From Neophaeotheca triangularis (Eukaryota): DNA of 64,000 nucleotides. The stretch spans positions 62,001 through 126,000 of the forward strand of contig BAAIJX010000046.1 of the NCBI GenBank assembly GCA_054600435.1, given 5' to 3'. Numbering within the stretch: position 1 is the stretch's first letter; each line of letters starts with the position of its first letter. Shown one piece after another: positions 49,474 through 61,482 of the stretch. The notes below the pieces were generated by a model that had not been told where the DNA came from, did not search any database, and was given only the letters and a program-made list of their open reading frames with translations. The translations under genes were made by a program, and so were the position numbers.

Positions 49474-52140
49474 CTCATGCAGGCAATCAATCAATCAATG
49501 CCTCAGGCGACTACCCGCGGTGAAAATCTCGAGAGCAAGAAGAAGTGGCAGTAGAGGTGGGAGTGAAAGTCGAGGCTGATGAAAGTGAAGCTGGAGAACA
49601 GGTTTTGATAACGACGGCAATGATGTCTTGGAGCTTTAACGTTATCTACCAGCCGAAAGTGTGATGTCGGCCGTCTGCTGCTTAAGGCACCTTGTCTGTG
49701 TTGCAAGAGTGTCGCCAGTTGGCGCTGATTGGCTGGACCACGGCGTGTCGACGATTGCTATGAGGATATCTCAAGAGTCTCAAGGTGTCTCCACTGCTAC
49801 GGGGTAGGGGGTGGAGCGGAGGGACGAGGAGCGAGTCGTCGTTGTCGTCGTCGCGATTTTGGGGGCGAGCGTGCATCAAATTATCAATCAAATTACAGGT
49901 TACTTTCATAGATTATTGATTATTGAGAGTCCGGCGGGCGGGGCTTGGCCTAGCCATAACTGTCCTAGTACATCGGCCGATGCCGAGTGCAACCTACCCG
50001 AGCTACCTTAGTCAGGGGAAGCTCGCGGCTTTATCAGTATCTAGGTACTCCTAGTAGCCGCTATGTACATGTACACCCGACCAGTACTACTCCTGGAAGC
50101 TGTTCAGGTAGTGTGTACAAAAGATGCCTGCTGCGTCCCGAGTACCATCTCCATCTACTGCCTAGGTATACGCATCGAGCATGACCGTCACGTTCAAACC
50201 TCGCCATAGATCCCGTCTCTTCTTTCGCTTCCATCATTACCTAAGTACCTATCCCCTGTGGTTTTCTCCCAGCCCTATGGATATTGACTATGGCCCCCGG
50301 CCCCAATTACCACCCATGAGTGCACGGTGGAGGCACTACTGCTTGACCTGCAGACACTGGAAGTCACAAGGGCTCACCATTGTCTCGACTCAGCCAAGGG
50401 TCCCGGCCAGGCACTTCCACCTCGTTTTACTCGAATCCATCACTGCATATTCTTTTACCTCGACATGATGCACGCACTGCGACACTTGCAAAGATCCACT
50501 GCCAGTGACATTCCAATATCAACTGCATGACTGCGTCTCAACGCACAACCCTACGCATTAATTGTTCATGTCGGAGCCCGGTCGCCTGATCGGAAAGACG
50601 CTGGCTCACCTCATCTTGCCTTGTACCTAGGTACAGGTGGTAGGTACATCAATGCCGTGTGATGGTTCCAGCCTCCGGCACTCAGCCTGCGAGTAAGCGA
50701 GCCAGCTTGCGAAAATCCGTACCGCACGCGACACCACATATTTTCGAGAACAAAGAAAAAGGGGGGAAAAGAAAAGCAAAAGCTCGCTCGATCGCGAAGC
50801 ATCCGAATACTGCAACCGCCACTTGCTTGTTCACCTGGCTCCCAAATGCTTGAGCTTCGTCCTGCCTTGCCACTTCCACCCGCCCCTAATCAACCCTTGA
50901 TAAGAAGTTAGATGCAGGATATGAGCGCATGACGCGGCGTCCTTCACCAACACCATACCACCATCGTGAAAATTCTTACAGAAGCCCTACTGCCGCTGCA
51001 CGGAATCGTAATTTTCGGAATACTGTAGCCGTCACGCTTGCGACTCGCAGTGGTAGGTAGCCCATTCTTCGACTTTGACACGCTGCACGCAACACCGACC
51101 CGCACCATATATTGTTGCAACCCTAGCTGCCCGAGTTCCACACGCCAACCTATGGTCTATCTGGATTCTGATTTCCATCGACCAACACCCTATCGTTCGC
51201 TGTCAAAGCACAAGCTACATTAGCTCAGCATATCTGTGCACTGACTCGGCTCTGCCAGCTTCCAGAACGCCGGCTTCCTAGAGCATACATTGGATGAAAA
51301 TCATAAACGGTTCGCTTGAAGGCTCCGCTCACCCTCACGGCCAGCGTTTGTCTTGACTTCGGCGCTGTAGTTACGCCTGAGCCGCACTACTTTCTATCAT
51401 CCCTATCAGCGGTCTTCTAAGCCAGCCAGCCCCAGATTAGAGGGCTACGATTTATCGTCTACATCAGATGTCCTGCTGGTCGTTTTGGCGGCCTATCAGA
51501 GACTTTGAAATCACGCGAATCACATCCTCGAAGTGCGTCTTGTACTAGATACCGTGTCAAACATGCAAAGCAAATTTCGACGAGACGTGCTCGTTTACTC
51601 CGCACAGAGAGTCCAAAGCGTATACAGCATTACCTTCGCAGTGCAGTTTGATATCTCTGTTGTAGATATGGTACCTAATCGGACTAGTTAGAAGGTCAAT
51701 GCGCGCAGCGGCTTTTTACGTTGCACCTTTGAGGTCAGCTTCGACATCAGTGAACTACCTACCTACATCCTATAACGTTAAGCGTCATGTTGGAGAAACG
51801 TTCAAAGTTGACGTCTCCGTTGCTATCGAGATGCTGTGCCCGGCTGCGGAGGGACATGAGGTCGACTTTACCTCTTGATAGTGGAGACTCAACCACGTGA
51901 GAGATGGGTCACCATGACGTACGGCTCATGGTCCCATCACGGTGACGCTTCCAACGCGAGAGACGGCGGGGGACGCGGGTAGACGTGGCAGAACAGGCAC
52001 AGGTGAAGGGAGGGACAGGCCCCTAGCCTACATAGTAGGTAGGCGAGCCATAGCAAGCGCTTTCATCTTTTTTCTCTTTTCCTACAATCACCCTTTCCGA
52101 CAATTCTACAGAACCGCGATTCCGACAAGCCTAACTCAAT

Positions 52141-53166
52141 ATGACCGACAAATCCCAATTCGAGTCTGGTAAGCATGTACAAACCCTCAAAACGCCCTTG
52201 GTCGATTTCTGACCCAACCGCACTGCAGGCTATGCCATTCCAACTCAACCCGAAATGTTCGGCAAGCCGCCAGGCAAGGAGGCCGACCTTAAAGAAACAC
52301 CCGTAGACGAGCAGGTACCTACCGAAGACGGTGGCTACCAGAAATACAAAGCCGCAGGCAAGCTGGAGGGGAAGAAGGCCATCATCACAGGCGGCGACTC
52401 GGGCATTGGGCGCGCAGTAGCCATCCTCTTCGCCATGGAGGGCGCCGACAGCTTCATCGCTTACTTGCAAGAAGAAGAGGAGGATGCGCAGGAGACGAAG
52501 CGCCGCGTCGAGGCCCACGGAAGGAAGTGCTACCTTATGGCTACGGATATCAGGTCCAAGGATAATTGCAAAAAGGTTGTCGACGAGGCTTTGAGCAAGA
52601 TGGGTGGCATCAACATTCTGATCAACAATGCCGCGACGCAAATGACGACGAACAGCATTCTGGACCTGCCGGAGGAGCAGTGGGAGAACACCTTCCAGAC
52701 CAACATCCACCGTAAGTCGAAACCACGAACCCAAAAGCTCCAAGCCATCAAAAGCTAACCTAACCCCCCTCCAGCTTACTACTACATGGCCAAATATTGC
52801 CTCCCTCACTTCAAAAGCGGCGACACCATAATCAACAACGCCTCCGTAAACGCCTACGTCGGCCGCAGCGACCTCCTCGACTACACGACGACCAAAGGCG
52901 CCGTAGTGTCCTTTACCTACGCCCTGTCCAACCAGTTTGTCGCCAAAGGTATCCGCGTAAACGCCGTTGCTCCTGGTCCCGTGTACGCGCCTCTTGTCCC
53001 CATGAGCATGAACAAGGAGCTGCAGCAGCAGTTCAGCGCGCCCATGGGCCGACCGGGACAGCCTAGCGAGATTGGAACTTGTTTTGTCTTCCTGGCCAGC
53101 ACAGATTCTAGCCAGTTGAGCGGGCAAGTTTTGCATGCGAATGGTGGCGTTATTGTGCATGGTTGA
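52141..53166 (+). CDS. Short-chain dehydrogenase/reductase (YghA / stress-induced oxidoreductase type); exons 52141-52168, 52229-52711, 52775-53166
   Basis: YKAAGKLEGKKAIITGGDSGIGRAVAILFAMEGAD, INNAA, LLDYTTTKGA (YxxxK), GIRVNAVAPGP, PMGRPGQPSE, GQVLHANGG. Confidence 0.92.
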
Positions 53167-54893
53167 TTTGGCGAAGAAGAAGAAGGAGAAGAAGAAGAAT
53201 GTGCTCATGTGAGAAGTGGGTGTAGCGCCAACTGTGACGATTCCCGGACGTGCCTGTCATGGACCCTTTTCTTACGATAGATGTGTAACGATATTACAAT
53301 ATCGCACTACCCATTGCCCCAGGCTGTCTAGTGCAAACATTACGTCCTCCCAAAAGCAGGCTTTTCGCCAGTACCCTCCAAACACGCCTCCCTCCCTATC
53401 ACGTCCCCATCTCAATTCAACACATGCCACGCGCAGCCACCCTAGCTTGCCTTTTCGTGAAGCTCAAGAGCACCCACCCGTGCAACCTTAACCTCCCCCC
53501 CACCACTCACAGACGCGATGGTCACGCCTCCAAAATCTCCCCTCTCGCTCCCTCATCAAGCTCAGAGCCCTCGCACCAGCACCTCGTAACCCGGAAAACC
53601 GCGCCCCACAAGCAGAAAGCAGACAATACGCTTCTTGGCCCGTTACTGCGCGGCTGCGAGACTGCGGAACGTCGCACCGTAACACCTTGCAACGCTCGGT
53701 CGCACTAGACATGGCTCGGCCCCAGGCAACTCATCCACCCAATGGACTCTCCGGTCAGTCTGTCGTCGCAACTCACAGGGCTTCCAGATCACATTCCCGA
53801 AAGGGCGCATGGGGCACAAGTACAGGCAAGACAGTGGGTGCTTCTTTCCCGCTTCCCGACGACGGTGGTTGTCGGCGCACAGGCAGATTTGCCAGCCCTG
53901 CTAGCTGCGTGCGCTGCCGGGCTTCGTGGCGGACGTACGGCTCGCGCTATCTGTGCCTCCCCCTCTCGCCCATGGTGGCCCGGGAGCAACTGCATCGGGC
54001 GGCTTGCAGGTGGTCTCTGTCCTTGCTCGTTGCCTTTTGCCAACCGCTGCTGGGATTCGAGAGTCCTTTCCCAGCTCTCCGACTCTGTCCAGCGGTTCTA
54101 CGCGCGCGTGCACGAGGCTAGTTTGCAACGGCGGGTGGATCGCTCAGGCACGGGTTCGCGTACGCTGCGTCGCGCTGGTACGCCGACTAGTTCACGTAAT
54201 GTTGGCTTTCGGGAAAAAGCGAGCGAGCGAGCTGGTCAGGTGTGTACAGACTCCGCCCTTGTGCCTTTTTGTTCGCGAAGAGGTCAATCGAGCGGCTTGC
54301 GTGCTCTTCTGGCACAGAGGTCCCTCCGGTGCTCCTGGCACACCAAGATGACGACAGGCGGCTACGATGCCGGAATGCGGCCAGCCCATCTTCCCATCAA
54401 GCCATCGCCGTCATCCCACTAGACAACCATCGTTCATGCACCGTCCGTCTCAAACGAGCCCTCGACCACCTCCTTCCAACTCCTCGCCTCGGCACCCGAA
54501 GCCAGAGCAACTGGGCAGTGCCACAAATCCCCCCGTAACTAGCCTTACGCTACCAAACCGTACGCCACGCCTCTCGCGCCACGCGCACCCACACAGGGCG
54601 CACAAAAACGTAGGCAACCTCACGGCGAAAAGGACGAGAGCGGTGCAGAAAGCGCAAAACCTGGAAACCCGCCTCGCAGGGCTGGACCAGAGGGTCGGCC
54701 AGCCATGGCTGAAGGAATTGGAGGGTCCAAAAAAAAAAGGCATAAGAAGAGGCGTCTGTCGGATTCCAGCCTCGAAAGCTTTTATTCCTCGTAAGCTCCA
54801 CAGCCGCTCCCCCATTGACTCGGAACTTTTCACCTTCAAACTAGACTAAAGAGCGCCATTGACTCGGCTCGACTAGGCTGAGACACCCAAACC

Positions 54894-55358
54894 ATGAAAC
54901 TAAGCAGCCTCCTCTTCCTCGTCTCCGGCCTAAGCGGCCTGGGCCTCGCGGCTCCCGTCCCGGCATCGGGCAACTCGGCCGAACTGGACGCAGGCATGGG
55001 CGACGGCTTCGAAAGCGTCAACAAGAAGTGCTTCAGCACCTGCGTTGGCAATTGCTGGGTTTCCGGGTTTGCCGGGTAAGAAAATGCCATCGTCCGCCTT
55101 GCGTCTTATGTTGCTGCTGTTGGTTTGAAGCGTTAGATGATATGGTTCCGCCCGTTGGGTTGTTGTTGTTTGCTTTTTCCCGTATCCATGCGATGATTGC
55201 TGATTGATTGCCGGTATAGGAGCTGTCCAGCGCAATGCAAGCGGAAGTGCGGAGGGAAGACTTGGCGGAATGGGTTGGGGGGCTCGTCGAGCTCGGGCGG
55301 CGGCGCCGGCGTCGTGCCTAGAGATGAGGAAATCGAGGAGGGAGGAGGTAGTGCTTGA
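54894..55358 (+). CDS. Small secreted cysteine-rich peptide precursor, 106 aa; exons 54894-55075, 55220-55358
   Basis: Good start context (ACCATG) and signal peptide MKLSSLLFLVSGLSGLGLA-AP. A GTAAGA...CTGAT...TAG intron (55076-55219) joins in frame to give NKK-CFSTCVGNCWVSGFAGSCPAQCKRKC-GGKTWRNGLGGSSSSGGGAGVVPR-DEEIEEGGGSA*. Completion of the symmetric Cys pattern across the intron supports the model. Confidence 0.8.
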
Positions 55359-55749
55359 GGCTGGGATGGTCGCTACGATGATCAGAGACTGATTGGATGG
55401 ATGTCCGAGACGGCGCTCGGGAGTTCGACAGCCAGGCAGAACCTGTCCTATTTCCTTTCTTATACCCCCCTTGCAAGCTACCGTGGACTGCACTCTTTTG
55501 TCCACGAAGCTCGAATGCACACGCGAAGCGCGGGAATTCAGGTGCAACTTTTTGCTTGGATGTACTGTGTTACATTATCGCTTGACGATTACTACTGGGT
55601 GTTAGAGCTATTCAGTTGGATAAGGGCGTCCCGTTTTACCACCCTCGTCCACTCAGGCGTATTTTCGGCCGTGATATCGTGCAAAGAATTGGGTATAGTG
55701 CCAGAGATGTAAGAAGCAAAAAAGGTACCAGGCAAGCTTCCAACGGCGT

Positions 55750-56184
55750 TCACAGCGCTATGCCGTATTGCTCGTTTGCGAGCCACTGCTTCGTCGAGTG
55801 CGGTGATGTCGAAATTTCCGCTTGCGTTCCGGACTCCGTTCTGGCCAGGCCATTCTCGTCGCCCTTGCTATAGCTAGCCAGCGCCGCAAAGGCGACCGCG
55901 CACAGCCATGCTGGAATGAGGAAAGCCTGAGACCGGGAAGTATTAGCTATCACAACTTGATCACAGAATGGCAAGTTTGGGATTCTGCTCACATCGTCGA
56001 GGCCGAAATTCCCACCTATTTTTTTCCACCTTAAGCTCATACGAATCGCAACAAAGACCGTGCTCAGAAACAGCATCATCACTGCGAGCGCGGGGAGCCA
56101 TGTCCTTGTCTCTGGGTCTTCATAGTTTGGTTCGGGCCATTGTGCAATGACACTTTCTGGTATACTTGCAATGTTGCCTGGCAT
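55750..56184 (-). pseudogene. Truncated PTH11-like (rhodopsin-domain) integral membrane protein, about 122 aa; exons 56184-55993, 55926-55750
   Basis: IPESVIAQWPEPNYEDPETR, TM1 ending ..AIR, GNFGLDD|AFLIPAW (typical intron position after GLDD) and TM2, followed by a polar tail and a stop. TM3-7 are absent and there is no room for them before the neighbouring gene. Confidence 0.6.
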
Positions 56185-58597
56185 TGTCCTCGAAAACGTA
56201 GCGTTGGGACCATGTGTTTTGGAGATTAGAGAAGTCCGGGGGTGTCCGTAAAGTATATCAAAAAGGTGCCGTCGGCCAGTGCACGCAGGTGGCACCTGTC
56301 TTTGGTTTTAGTTTCTTCAAGGGCGTCCCGTGATCGAACAACAAAATTTAACGGCCTACGGATGCGATTCTAGGGAGTGAAGGAGAGACGAGAGAGCTCT
56401 TTGCGGAGCCAGTATGGTAGTAATGCCATATAGAAGCCGGGTTATTGGAATAGAAGAGCAGCGCGGAATTGCGTACGTCCAATGTCTTGTTATTGCATTG
56501 CCGTCTTCCGCGAAAGGGTCGGCCGAGGGGCCACGAGGGTAATCCAATTTTGTAAGCGAATCAGAAAGGGTCATAAGGCTTCCGTGAGGTGCTTTGCAGG
56601 TTTTTGGAAGTAGAAGCCGTTGCACTACTCGACGAAGAAGTAGTCGGTGAATGATTTTCGGATCTTCACACTACTGAACCTTATACCTCTCATGTCTTGC
56701 AGTAGTGCAAAGGGCCGCGAACCGTTGTCGCTAGGCTGCAATTGAAGCATGGATCACTCAATAGTATTGATGATAATATGGCATGCAGCATGCTCGATAG
56801 CCGGCTATCTTTGGTCGCCAACCCATTGTCTGCAAACCGTTCGTTGACCGGAGAGTTACAGAGATGCGTCTTAGCAACGTAGGGTCTCAAGGACTGGCAA
56901 TGGTGCGAGTGGTGTGGTCGCAGCAGTCGATGATATGTGCTTTTCTTTGACGAAGCTGGAATCTGTACGAGTCAAGACTGCAAAGTCGAATACCAAATGG
57001 GACGATCAATGTTGCCGATTGGAAAGAATCACTGCATCTTTCGGATTCTTTCCCACCCAACAGCTGCAGGAAAAGGTAACAAGTATTGGATCGAGTCAGT
57101 AGGGGCGGGCCAGAGTTTACGTGATAGCCGCTGTGGAGAAGTACGGAGTGAACTTTATCCTGCTCACGTGCTGCCACTCAAGTGGTGAAGGCCATGGCCA
57201 ACATTCGTAGAATAACAACAATCTGCTGTGTGCTCAGGTGTGTGGATTTCTCTACAAGAATGGCATCAGTCAGTCCCAATCTTCAGTCTCTGCAAATTTG
57301 CGATTGGGTCTATTAATAAGGGGCTTCATCCGCTGTCTTCTGTATGGGCGGAATTTCGTTTTCAGGACTCAGCAAGCTGCAATAACATTAGGTCCAGAAG
57401 GGAAATGGCGAACTTGGACCGACCCGTCATCTCGATGGCGGCGGTAAAGGCGTGAAGCGCGCCCTCCCTCCCGCCAGAAGACTTCCAAGGTTGCGTACTA
57501 CCATTCTTTCGGCTGGAAGTCCATGTTACTCCTTGCGATCTAGAAGCCGGCGAACAGTGCACTAGACGGGCTTCCTGCAGGTGCAAGCCCTGCCGACATC
57601 AACCATGTACACTCATACAAGCAATTCCCTGGCGATGCGTGTCCGAGGGTATTGTAGGTAGGTATTCATCACGTCCACGGGTGCCAGTTTCGCAAGAAGC
57701 CGCAAGACGAGTGCCAGGATACAGCTCGTGCATTACGTCCCCCAGTATTTGCCGTCCCCTGGTTCGACTGTACGCAAATCATCTGTAGTGCATGGAGTGG
57801 CTTCGTCTTGACCTGAGATTCTGCTCTCAGAGCGGTATCTCGAGTCTCGAAGGAAGCTGTACCTTGAGTCAAGCAAAAGTAGCAATTGCTTTGTCCCAGT
57901 GTTCTATGCCGCGGACGGACAGCACATGGTGAGAGCACTCTCGGTAGTCTTGGTTTTAGACTGGCGGTCTGCTGTATGTCAGCCGATCATGGGTGGTTAC
58001 TAGTAGTCACGTCTACCTCGTACTTGTTAGAGGTGTCCTGCCATGTCCATTGTTTCCTCTTGGTGCCTTCAAGTTCAAGCCTCAGGTTTGCTTTTTTGAT
58101 GCCTGAGCTCGGCCGAGTTGCTGTTTGTGAGCTGTCTGTTCAGATTTGCAGACAATGGAAAGTTAAGCAAGAGGAGCGCCCTGTCTTTCGAGCAATTAGG
58201 CAGGAGGCAGCGAGGCAGAGAAGTAAGGTAGGTACTGCTCACAATCCGGATGACTTTGGTAGACGCGATGAATTCGACCTTTGGTGCCGGTGTAGAGTGC
58301 AAAACATGTCAAGGCAAGACCTTCCGACATCGCCCGCCTTTATACGAGGTATCCGTGGATAAGTACTGTACTGTAGGTGCCTTACACGCCAAGTCCACGT
58401 GCTTTGGCAAGCTAAGCTACTGTACTGTACCGAGGCTCGGTATACGGTAAAACAGAGAGAGACGTCACGAGTAAGTACCTTATGTATTAAACCAAAGGGC
58501 CTCCCTTTTTGTATCATCTTCCGTCTCCTCTCGGAAAGACTTCCTACTCTGCTGCCGATTCCCTCGATAACATTACATCCCCTCCACCACCTTCAAC

Positions 58598-60772
58598 ATG
58601 TCCACACCACCGCAATGGGTCAAGCAACTCAAGCCCAACGGCCCGCAAGGGAGTGAGCTGCTCGCGCTCGAACGCTCAAAGTCCAAGATACCCGTGGAAA
58701 AGCTGTCCGAGTTTATACATACAAAGGAGGGTGTCGACCGCAAGCACCGCATTCTGAAGATCCTACAATCGGAGAAGGTTTTTGATAAGAGCCAGAACTA
58801 CTTTGCTGGCCGGGTTGATCGCTTCGAGACTGCGCTTGCTAGAGCCAAGAAGCTACGACAGCTCGAAGTCAAGCATGGCTGGACACGCGACGACAAGCAG
58901 TGCGCCAACGAGCTCATCTCCGAGCCTGGCCCTTACGGCCTTCACGAGAGCATGTACCTCATCACGCTGAGAGATCAAGGCAACGCCGAGCAGCACGACA
59001 AGTTCCTGAAGCCTGCATCCGAGTACAAAGCCATTGGCTGCTACGCTCAGACCGAGTTGGGTCACGGCAGCAATGTGCGTGGTCTCGAGACTACCGCGAC
59101 CTGGAACCCTGATGACAAGACCTTCACCATCCATTCGCCAACCCTCACCGCTTCCAAATGGTGGATTGGCTCTCTCGGCCGTACAGCCAACCACGCTGTT
59201 GTCATGGCTCAGCTCGTCATTGAGGGCAAGCCATACGGGCCGCATCCATTCGTTGTGCAGATTCGTGACATGAAGACGCACGAACCCCTTGAGAACGTGC
59301 ACGTCGGCGACATTGGACCAAAGTAAGTTTCCGGACTGCATGAGTACTTTTTCCAAGGACTCTACTAACAGCATACTTCAAGGTTCGGCTATAACACCAT
59401 GGACAACGGTTACCTGCTTTTCAACAAGGTCAAGATCCCTCACATCAACATGCTTGCCCGCTTCTCTTCGGTCGACCCCAAGACCAACAAGTACATCCGA
59501 CCAGCCTCGGCCTCTCTCGTCTACGGCACCCTCACATGGGTGCGCTCGACCATTGTCATGCAAGCAGGCAGCGTCCTTGCTCGCGGTGTGACAATCGCAA
59601 CGCGTTACGCCGCTGTGCGCCGCCAGTTCCAGGACCGTGACGCCCCTGAATGGGAGAAGGGCGAGAACCAAGTCCTCAACTACACCACTGTGCAGATCCG
59701 CCTGCTCACCCTCCTCGCAACGACCTTTGCTCTGCATTTCACTGGCCGCGGCATGATGCAGCTCTACGAAGCCAACCAGAAGAAGATGTCGGCCAACGCA
59801 GACGCAGGCAAGACCTCCTCCAGCGGGCGCGGAGCAGGCCCTGAGGAGACTCACTCCGGCTCTGACCTCTTGGCCGACCTCCACGCGACCTCTTGCGGTC
59901 TAAAGTCCCTCGCCTCCTCTACCGCCGTCGACGGCCTTGAAGTCTGCCGCCGCGCTTGCGGAGGCCACGGCTACTCTTCCTTCGCCGGTATCGGCAGCTG
60001 GTACGCCGACTACCTTCCGACGGCAACCTGGGAGGGCGACAATTACATGCTCACGCAGCAAGTCGCCCGCTACCTGCTCAAATCTGCGCGCTCAGTGCTT
60101 CAAAACCCCGACCCGGCAGCCGCAACCAACGACACAACCTCCATCCTCGCCACCTTCCTGTCCCGTCAGGACCAAGGCGCGGCCTTTGACGTCCTCGGCT
60201 CCGACGCCGACCTCGTCGCCGCCTTCGCCTGGCGCTCGTCCTTCCTCACCTTCGAAGCTCTCAAGCACCGCGACGAGCAGAAGAAGCCGTGGAACGACCT
60301 CCTCGTCGACTTCTACCGCTTGTCGCGCGCACACAGCCAATACATGGTGGTCAAGAACTTCTACGAAACCCTCTCCTCCCCCTCGCTCTCCTCGGACCTC
60401 GACCCAGAAACCCTCGAGCTCATGCACAAGCTCTTCCGCCTCTACGCCCTCCACACTCTCGAGTCGGAAGCCAGCGAATTCTACACCTCGTCAGCCGTAA
60501 CGGTGCGCCAGATCCAGCTCGCGCGCACTTCGGCCGTCATGAGACTCCTCAAGGAAATCCGCCCTCACGCCGTCAGGTTGGTGGACAGCTGGGACTTTCC
60601 CGATTGGCAGCTCGACAGCAGTCTGGGACGTTTCGATGGCAAGGTTTACGAGGACATGTTTTACAGGGCTAGTGAGCTCAACCCGCTCAACAAGGTTACC
60701 GTTGACCCGTACCCGGAGAGCGAGACGCTTTTTAGGCGGAATGAGGCGGGCAGTATGAAGCCCAAGTTGTAG
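58598..60772 (+). CDS. pox1: Peroxisomal acyl-CoA oxidase (Pox1/AoxA); exons 58598-59322, 59383-60772
   Basis: IGCYAQTELGHGSNVRGLETTAT, KWWIGSLG, GDIGPKFGYNTMDNG (across the intron), RYAAVRRQF, CRRACGGHGY, TWEGDN, and PTS1-like C-terminus KPKL. Confidence 0.95.
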
Positions 60773-61482
60773 GCGCGGTTGGTTGAGGCTTATATGGGGG
60801 CGGGAGATATCGGCGTTTAAATTGGTGGGTTAGAGATTTGTCCATCTGCAATGCATGGTGGTTATTCGAGTGTATCTTTAGCATTTCTACTATTCCCCAT
60901 TTTCAGTCTTCGTTCCATCGCCTATGTGTGTGCACTTCTACCTTGTGTTTGGGGGTGCAGCATCGACTGATACCGCGTCAGATGTTCTGACGACATGGGT
61001 GGGCCACAGGCGAACATCCAGCGATGCCACGACGCAGTCTACCGTTGTGTTCCTGGGTCGCTCACTTATAGCTCATCTCCGCGAATGTCGAGCTCATGGA
61101 CGTCTAGAGGCTCTGGCAGTACTGGTGCGCAGCTGGCGCAACCACTGGAAAAACCCCAACTCTAACCCTACGGAACAATCACGAAAAGAGGCGAAACGTC
61201 TAATGGGGTGTCTAGAAAGCTGCGAGCCCTATGTAATAATCATGATGATCTTGAGACTGGACGGAAGAGGAGATGGTAGTTGAGAGCGGAGACATCGATT
61301 TTTGGTATCGAGCTAGCAAAAGAAAAAGAAAAAGAAAAAGAAAACGACGACGAGAACGAGACAGCAACAAGGTAAAGAAAACCCACCAACGCCGGAGAAC
61401 AGGAACGGGAGACTCACCGGTGGCAGCACACTTACCCCAACGCCGTTCGCACTTACCTCGAAACCCAACCCAACCCCACCCC

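Noticed and set aside
53742..54422. 226-aa ORF upstream of the peptide gene as a possible RiPP tailoring enzyme
   Set aside because: No HxxHC (DUF3328/UstYa) or other motif; composition is typical of GC-rich non-coding DNA. The peptide also lacks the repeated cores of dikaritin precursors.
55076..55219. Stwintron (nested intron) in the 144-nt peptide-gene intron
   Set aside because: Removing sequence to either internal AG does not rebuild a GT donor.
9991..60772. Lipid/membrane genes (PLC-like, SUR7, DES1, ADCK, acyl-CoA oxidase) as a functional cluster
   Set aside because: They are dispersed among unrelated housekeeping genes, with no cluster regulator or backbone enzyme.
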